A DNA stretch of 64,000 bases, taken from positions 73,656,001 through 73,720,000 of the forward strand of contig OX597819.1 of NCBI GenBank assembly GCA_951406725.2. Direction: 5' to 3'. The DNA is from Octopus vulgaris (Eukaryota). The translations under genes and the position numbers were made by a program. Shown piece after piece: positions 1-64,000 of the stretch (position 1 is its first letter; every line of letters starts with the position of its first letter). A model generated the notes under the pieces. That model was not told the origin of the DNA. It did no database searches and saw only the letters and a list, made by a program, of their open reading frames with translations.

Positions 1-106
1 GCCACAATTAGAAAAAAATTATTCCTATCTGCCAACTGGGATGATGGCAATTACACTCCTTTATATTCAGTGCCATAATTGTGCTCCCTCTCTCTTTATA
101 TATATC

Positions 107-290
107 AGGTCATCCCATAAGTTCTGTCTGATTTTATCCTTTTTAAAATTGAATGAAATTTAATAGTATTTTAGAATGTCTAATGGAATCAGAAATTATT
201 TTTATGCATTTGTGTACATTTAAACAAATTAAATATTATTTTACAGAATAATAGAATTAAAATTTCTTTGATTAAAACCCTTTCTAATAT
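107..290. mobile_element. Tc1/mariner-type MITE end (TA + tcaggtcatcccataa terminus)
   Basis: Terminus follows a TA run; partner TIR not seen. Confidence 0.35.
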
Positions 291-291
291 G

Positions 292-520
292 ACTACATCA
301 TATGCCCATGAGTATATGGTGTAGTGGTTAAGAGCACAGGTTACTAACCCCAAGATTCTGAGTTTGATTCCAGGCAGTGACCTTAATAACACCGAAAAAT
401 ACCCAAGTTTTTTTTTTACTATTGCGAAAGAATAATAAGGCTGGAGGGTATATCAGCCAAATTGTGGTGTTAACGACAAACAAGATGAGGACAAATATCC
501 GTCAAATATAAATAACGTAA
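292..520 (+). mobile_element. tRNA-headed, hammerhead-motif element (degenerate copy of the 46.6-kb family)
   Basis: Shares tagtggttaagag...actaaccccaagatt...ccaggcagtgacc and ggctggagggtatatcagcc...aacaagatgaggacaaatatc with 46925-47146; keeps a short inverted centre (actacatcatat / atatggtgtagt). Confidence 0.75.
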
Positions 521-559
521 ATGTCATTACTTATCTAATGTTTTCTGTTATCGTTTCAG

Positions 560-57196
<56,637 letters not shown>

Positions 57197-57688
57197 GTAA
57201 ACACATTGTTCACACATTTAACAGACAGAATTATTTACCGTTTTCTAAAAGAAACAATTCTTGCTATGGAAACCACGTACAGTGATGTCATAAATTTGAA
57301 TATCTATTCAACCTACACCACTGTAGGATATTAAATGTACAAACGTTTTTTTTATTTCAATTATGGGAAAATCAAAAAGATGTAAATGTACATCAGTAAA
57401 TACTGGTTAATTCAAAGGCACACAGTAAAATCTTTGGAATGTAGAAGTCAATTTATTGGTATAATTCAACACTGTACTTATGGAATATATTTGAGAAAAA
57501 TAACAGTAAGAGTTTTTTCTTAATGTGTTCGGTTGATGAATTATTGCTATAAAAATATCAACCAACTCTATCAGATTGCTTTCTCTCTCTTACTCTGAAC
57601 AATTTGCAAATGTTTTATTTAATAAAATTCTTTTTAATTATTCAGGTTATATGCCACAGTTCATCTTGCGTAATTGATTTTGAAATTT

Positions 57689-57756
<68 letters not shown>

Positions 57757-57982
57757 TATTAGAGACAAAACCACTATTTTGCAAAACAAACAAGGAAAGA
57801 CTTAATCAATACATAAAATTTTAATATATATATATATAAAATTCTATGTGACAAAAGTATTATACATTTTGTACATACATCTATAGATACCATATATATG
57901 ATGTGATGTGTATATTTACTGGTATGAACAAAATAGAGAGAACTCAGATACATGCAGTAGAGTAAATATATGTTTTTTTTGC

Positions 57983-58442
57983 TTTATTGTTACAAGCTGA
58001 TGTACTGCTGCAATACTTCAAGTTTCATATTGAAAGGGTGATATTGGACGGTACAGCAACAAAGAAAGCCTTCAAGACTTTGTCATTAATTTTCCCATTT
58101 GAGAATTTCTAGTTTAGTGTGGGACTTGAAGTTCAACTCTAACAAAAACAACAACAAAGAACCGTATGCGCGTGTGTGTGCGTGTGTACATACATATCAT
58201 TGAATTGGCAATAGTCACAATGTGACATGAGAGCCAGGTTTTTCGTGCAGTGGCATTTACCAATTTCATAAACGTCAATGCACTAAGCTTTTACCTTCTG
58301 AGTCACTTTGTAACTTCGGCTGATTTAAATAACACACACACACACACTCTCACAAAATATTTACATTCACGTGTGTGTATTGGAGACTGTCAACTTCTCA
58401 ATTCTTTACTCGATCTTTCTTATTTTTAGTCTTTGTATGATT
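57983..58442 (-). other. Candidate 3' exons of an antisense nested gene (58442-58410, 58319-58295, 58138 to poly(A) signal)
   Basis: Three GT-AG-bounded pieces join in frame to NHTKTKNKKDR-PKLQSDSE-ELNFKSHTKLEILKWEN*; AATAAA about 98 nt after the stop. Confidence 0.35.
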
Positions 58443-58934
58443 CTAATCAGTAGAACAATGGAAACTTATACATAGATATAATAATAATAATAATAATAAT
58501 AATGAATAATAATAATAATAATAATGAATAGTAATAATTATAATAATAATAATAAATAGTAATAATAATAATAATAATATTCCTTTCTACTATAGGCAGA
58601 AAACCAGAAATTTGGAGGGATGGCAGGAGGGGGCTGATCATTTACCCCAATGTCTGACTGGTACTTTATCGACCTCAGAAGAATGAAAGGAATACTTATG
58701 ATAATCCTTTCTACGATAGGCACAAGGCTTGAAATTTTGGAGCAGGGGTTGGGGTGGGGGCTTGTCGATTATACGAACCCCAGTACTTGACTGGTACTTT
58801 ATTTTATCAACCCTGTAGGAAGAAAGGCAAAATTGACCTCAGCTGGGTTTGAACTCAGAATGTAAATAGTTGGAACTAATACCACTAGGAATTTTTTACT
58901 ATGCTTTTTGAATGCCTTCTCACTGCCTCAATTA

Positions 58935-58989
<55 letters not shown>

Positions 58990-61900
58990 CCTTTCTGCTG
59001 GAAGCACAAGGCCTCAAATTTGGGGGAAGGGATTAAGTCGATAGGACCGACCCCAGTGCATAACTGGTACTCATTTAATCGACCCCAAAAGGATGAAAAG
59101 CAAAGTCGATCTTGGCAGAATTTGAACTTGGAATGTATGGCAGATGAAATACTGCTAAGCATTTCACCTGGCATGCTAACGATTCTACCAGCTTGCCACC
59201 TTAATAATAATTACAATAATAATAATAATGATGATGCTCTTGTTGTATACGGTGCCCTAGTGCACTACTTCTTGGATTATATAAACTCACAGAGGTAAAA
59301 AGCCCGAGGTCCTTTCAAGTGTTGGGCCTCACAGACACAATGACCGAGACCTTTGGCATTATGACATGCTTGAGAAGAAGACCCATCAAGCTGAGCAAAA
59401 TCGCTGTCGTGGCAGATACCAATGTCACACAATTGGCACCCATGCCGGTGGCACATAAAAGCACCCTTTACACTCTTGGAGTGATTGGCATTAGGAAGGG
59501 CATCCAGCTGTAGAAAACCATGCCAAATCAGACTGGAGTCTGGTGCAGCCTTCCATCTTACCAACCCATGACAGCTTGGAGAATGGACATTGGCACTCCC
59601 TTGGTTACTATGACCAGGGTTCAGTTAATAAAATCAACGGAACAGCCTGCACATGAAATTAACATGCAAGTAGCTGAGCATTCCACAGACATGTGCACCC
59701 TTAACATAGTTCTCAGAGAGATTCAGTATGACAAGGCTGACCCCCTTTGTATTACAAGTACAACTCACTTTTCCCAGTTGAGTGAGCCAGAGCAACATGA
59801 AATAAAGTGACTTGCTCAAGGACACAGTGTACCACTGGAAATTGAACTTATGACCTTACAATTGTGAGCTGAATACCCCTACTGATAAGCCAGGTGCCTT
59901 TATTGGAATATCTAGCAAAACATGAAGAAAAGAAATACATGCTGTAAGTTTTGATTGAAGGCTGAAAACCCATTGAATTATATAAAGCAAAACTTTTTGA
60001 AAATCATTGGCAGAAGAGATTCTTAAAGGGTTTGGGTATTAAATATAAATGCAGAAAAATTATTTATAAATCTGTGTAGAAATTACACTGACAGGGTAAA
60101 ATTGAATGTAGAAATTAGTAAAAATTAGAAAAATATGTTGGGTGGGCGGGGTTCATTGTTGAGCATCCATATTCCATACTGGCATGGGGTGGACAGAACA
60201 ACATGATCTGAGGGCCCAAGTGTCTACTTTGGCATGGTTGGAATGGTTAGATGCCCTTCCTAAGGCCAACCATTCTACCCCATGTGCTGGGTGCTTTTTG
60301 CATGGCACCAGCATTAGTGAGGTCACCATTCAACTTGCAAGATTATGAACCCTAAAGGATTGGTTGGGGGTGTCTTTATGCTAGGAGATAAGCAATTAAA
60401 GTGTGGAACAGGTTTCTTGCTGTGGAGGGACCACATGGTTATTCACATTTTAGAAGGAAAGTGGTTGGGGGCGATTAGAGTGGAGAAGAGATACTGTGTA
60501 AGGGAGATAATAATGAATTAAGAAGAGGAATTTTTCAGTAATGGAGGTAGGAAATATAACAAAGATGTCTGTGAGATTGCTTGAATTTCATTGATTTCAA
60601 AATATTTATGGTATTAAATATTTTGAAGTTTATAATGTGATGAGAAGCAGTGCAAACCATTTTATATTCTCATGTTACTTTTCAAAGATTGCTCACATCA
60701 ATTTTATTATTGCAGCAGACATCATCAAGATGTTTAAGATTATGTTGTTTATTTAGTCAGGATTGATACCTTGAACGGGTGATATGAGTAGGGGCAATAA
60801 AAAAAACAAATTTATATGCAACTATTAAAAATTGATTTGGTAATTGAAAAATATTTATGTCTCTTTAAATACTTGACTCTATCCAAGTTTTATCTTCTTT
60901 ATTTTATATTTTTCATGTTTTCTTGTTAGCTTTTTATAGTTGCTTCGGAACGGTAGAGTTCCTAAATCCATATCCAACATTTCTAGATTTTCATTATCAA
61001 GAAATGAAGACTGTGTGCTAAGAAGCTTGCTTCCCAACCACATGGTTCCAGGTTCAGTTCCACTTTGTGGCACCTTGGCCAAGTGTCTTCTTCTATCACT
61101 TTGGGCTGACCAAAGCCTTATGGATTTGGTAGACAGAGACTGGAAGAAGGCCATCATATATATGAGTCCACTGCCGTAACCTACATCAGTATCGCATAAC
61201 CTGCCCATTCAAAAGTACCTTGGATTGTAGGGTGACATGCCATGCTTGAGGAGACCTATTGAGTCAAGTACATCAACATCAGCAATATCAAAATCAAATC
61301 AAATGGAAATTGTAGTTGTGACCCTCGTGTTGGTGGCACATAAAAAGCACCATCCGAACAGGACCGATGCAGCTCCTCTGGCCCCTGTGCTGGTGGAAAG
61401 GCATCCAGCTGTAGAAATACTGCCAGATCAGATTGGGGCCTGGTGCAGCCTCCTGGCTTTCCAGACCCCAGTCGAACCATCCAACCCATGCCAGCATGGA
61501 AAATGGACGTTAAACGATGATGATGATAACAATGATGATGTGTCAGTGTTCGTCCCCATAACAGCTTGACAAATAGTGTTGGTGTGTTTATATCTCCATA
61601 ACTTAGTGGTTCGGCAAAACTGATCGATAGAATAATTTCCAGGCTTTAAAAAAATAACTCCTTGGGTGGATTCATTTGACTAAAAATGTCTCAAGATTGT
61701 GCTCCAGCATGGCTGCAGTCTAATGACTGAAACAAGTTACAGATGAAAAATGAATTGCCAGTATGAAGGTCTAAAGACATCAGAAGTCTACCATTCCAAG
61801 CCAACTGCAAAAAAGCCAACAAGAAAATATGAAAAATATAGCATAAAATATGAAATGAAGAATATAAAACTTAGATATAGTTGAGTATTTGATAAAACAT

Positions 61901-62027
61901 ACATAAAAGTGGGGCTGTTCCCCATATATATAGAGAGATGTTTATTGAATTTAAACTTCTGAGGAAATTTCTCATTCCTTTATTTCTCTTTCATTGACAT
62001 GCCTGCATGTTTTTCTTTGTTCTTCAG

Positions 62028-62069
62028 AAAACTGTTGCCAAATCTCATTCGCATGTCAGCCTGTCTGTG
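62028..62069 (+). CDS. Possible further small DOCK tail exon (KTVAKSHSHVSLSV)
   Basis: ttttctttgttcttcag acceptor, gttggt donor, 42 nt, phase 0/0; no homology support. Confidence 0.25.
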
Positions 62070-64000
62070 GTTGGTATATTTCAGAACAATACTCATTTTC
62101 TTATTCTCTGTCAATTCTCCACCATGAACCTTTTGTCGTGTTGATGTCTTGGCTTACAATTCCATATTTAGATTTCTTCCTCTTAGTTTTGGTATTTTGT
62201 TTCTTCACTGCACCAATTTGTCTTCCTAGGTCCTTCCAGGTTGTTTTTTTTTGTTTTTGTTTTTAGATGACTGAAATTTTCATAATTATTCCCAAACATG
62301 ATGTTATTATTGTAGGTGTGATTCAGTTTGACTATAGTTACAACTGTCAGTCCTCTTTGCACTTACAGGTACACATATGCATGAACAAACCTACTGACTT
62401 AATCCTTTAGTCACTTTGTGATCCTCCTCCCCCCTTACCTATCTTGATTGTATTCTTTTGTAAAGTTGTGATATATATATATATAATAAGTGAAGAAGTG
62501 TTTGGTATTATATTTTTCCTCTTGGTTACGATTAAATGACCACACTAGCTACTATGTCATATAAATTTCATAATGCACATGACTAAATCACTGTTATCAT
62601 CTATGTCTAGACATGATGTTTGATTAGTCACCTGCACATTGATGAAACAATTGTAAACCATGGAATAAATGTAACACTACATACTCCATTCTTCATTTTA
62701 TATATATGATAGTTTGCCTTGAAGTAGTGACAGTCTGTACACGTGTGTGAAGATTCAATGTTGTTCTTACTGATATTGTCAATAGTTTGTCTTATAAATG
62801 GAGACTGTAGTAGCTTTGTTGACATAAATTATAATATGCTCTTGTGTTCACTGACAATCAATGAGGGGAACTCTATGCAATTATTTGCTTTAGAAATAGC
62901 AACTAATCTCCCTCTTGAAAAAAGATGACCACATTCAATAAAGTGGTCATGGGTACTTGAATAAAAGGATAGGGTGGTCATTGTTGGAACACTTTTGATC
63001 ATAGAATTGCTTATTCAAGGCTGACCTATAGCAATCACACTGGAATTAATCCAGCCCTAAATAAATACTCTTTTAATCCTTTTGTTACCATTTTTCTGTT
63101 GAAATACACTTCCTGTAATTTCAATTAATTTTGAAGAATTTAGTAAAATAATTTTGTTGTTATTAAAGCTGGTGTTTGGGACATAAATTTTGATGGAATG
63201 CTTTTAGATAATTTTAAAACTAGAAATTGTAGATCCAGGGCAGATCTTGGGTTCGGTTGGTATCCATAGGGTTGAAAGTGTTATAAACTTGAAATGCAGA
63301 GGTTACTGGTTCAAATCTACAGGTTGAACCTGGAAAGAACCTTTATTCTACATTATTTCAGTCTGGTAATGTTCGATAGAGTCCAGTAGTTGTTGCAGTG
63401 TGTTTTTACCCACATGTAGCGGCTGTCATGCCCATTCTAATGATAACTCCACATGTACAGTCATTCACTGTTAGATGAACTATCTTTCTTTGTGTAAATC
63501 AATAAGAGAATCACGACCTGCTAAAATTAGCAGCCAAATCTCCCTGAAATGGTACCTTATCATTAATGTAGTCCAGATGTAGAGAAGAAAAAAATAAAAA
63601 CAGAATGATCGTAACTGGATTGATCAAGCAAACTTATGATTGAAAGCAAAGTTGACCTGGGGTTAAACAACAATATAATCTTGCTCAGTTTTAAGGGGTT
63701 CACGCTGCAGATAAAGTTGAAAATATTTAGCTTAAACTATTCAACATGATAAGATGTGTGTGTGTGTGTGTAAGATATTAAACTACCAATCTGGGGATCA
63801 TGAACTGAGATCAAAAGACATTCTATTGTGTTTGGTTTTATTATTGCCCATACAGGCGCACAAAGAGAGGGACAACACAATATGAACGGGGTCATATACA
63901 ATCGTATGGGTTTAAAAATTTACAATGACAGATGATTAACGAATGGAACACAAAAAACATTTACATATACAAAAATAACATAATGAGGCATTACAAACAG

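Noticed and set aside
62743-62928. Signal-peptide-like small ORF
   Set aside because: Runs into a dispersed repeat and has no other support.

Overview
Repeat- and microsatellite-rich animal genomic DNA; the SINE families and (TA)n/(CA)n load resemble octopus (coleoid cephalopod) DNA, which is an inference. The window lies inside one large + strand gene, a DOCK-B (DOCK3/DOCK4/Sponge-like) Rac GEF. I chained 17 coding exons (560-57196, 2050 nt, about 683 codons, all splice phases consistent) covering the end of the ARM-like region, the DHR-2 catalytic domain and the start of the Ser/Pro-rich tail; the gene start and end are outside the window or were not found. One intron (47383-48412) is a U12-type minor-spliceosome intron. 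Introns hold tRNA-derived SINEs, RTE LINE fragments, Tc1/mariner remnants, hAT- and piggyBac-type MITEs and a Penelope GIY-YIG fragment. Most notable: (i) palindromic elements with 13-bp target-site duplications carrying minimal hammerhead-ribozyme motifs, one family with head-to-head tRNA-derived Pol III heads; (ii) a candidate Cys-rich 45-nt cassette exon in the 21-kb intron; (iii) a possible small antisense nested gene near 58 kb. Most ORFs in the supplied track are microsatellite or SINE artefacts.
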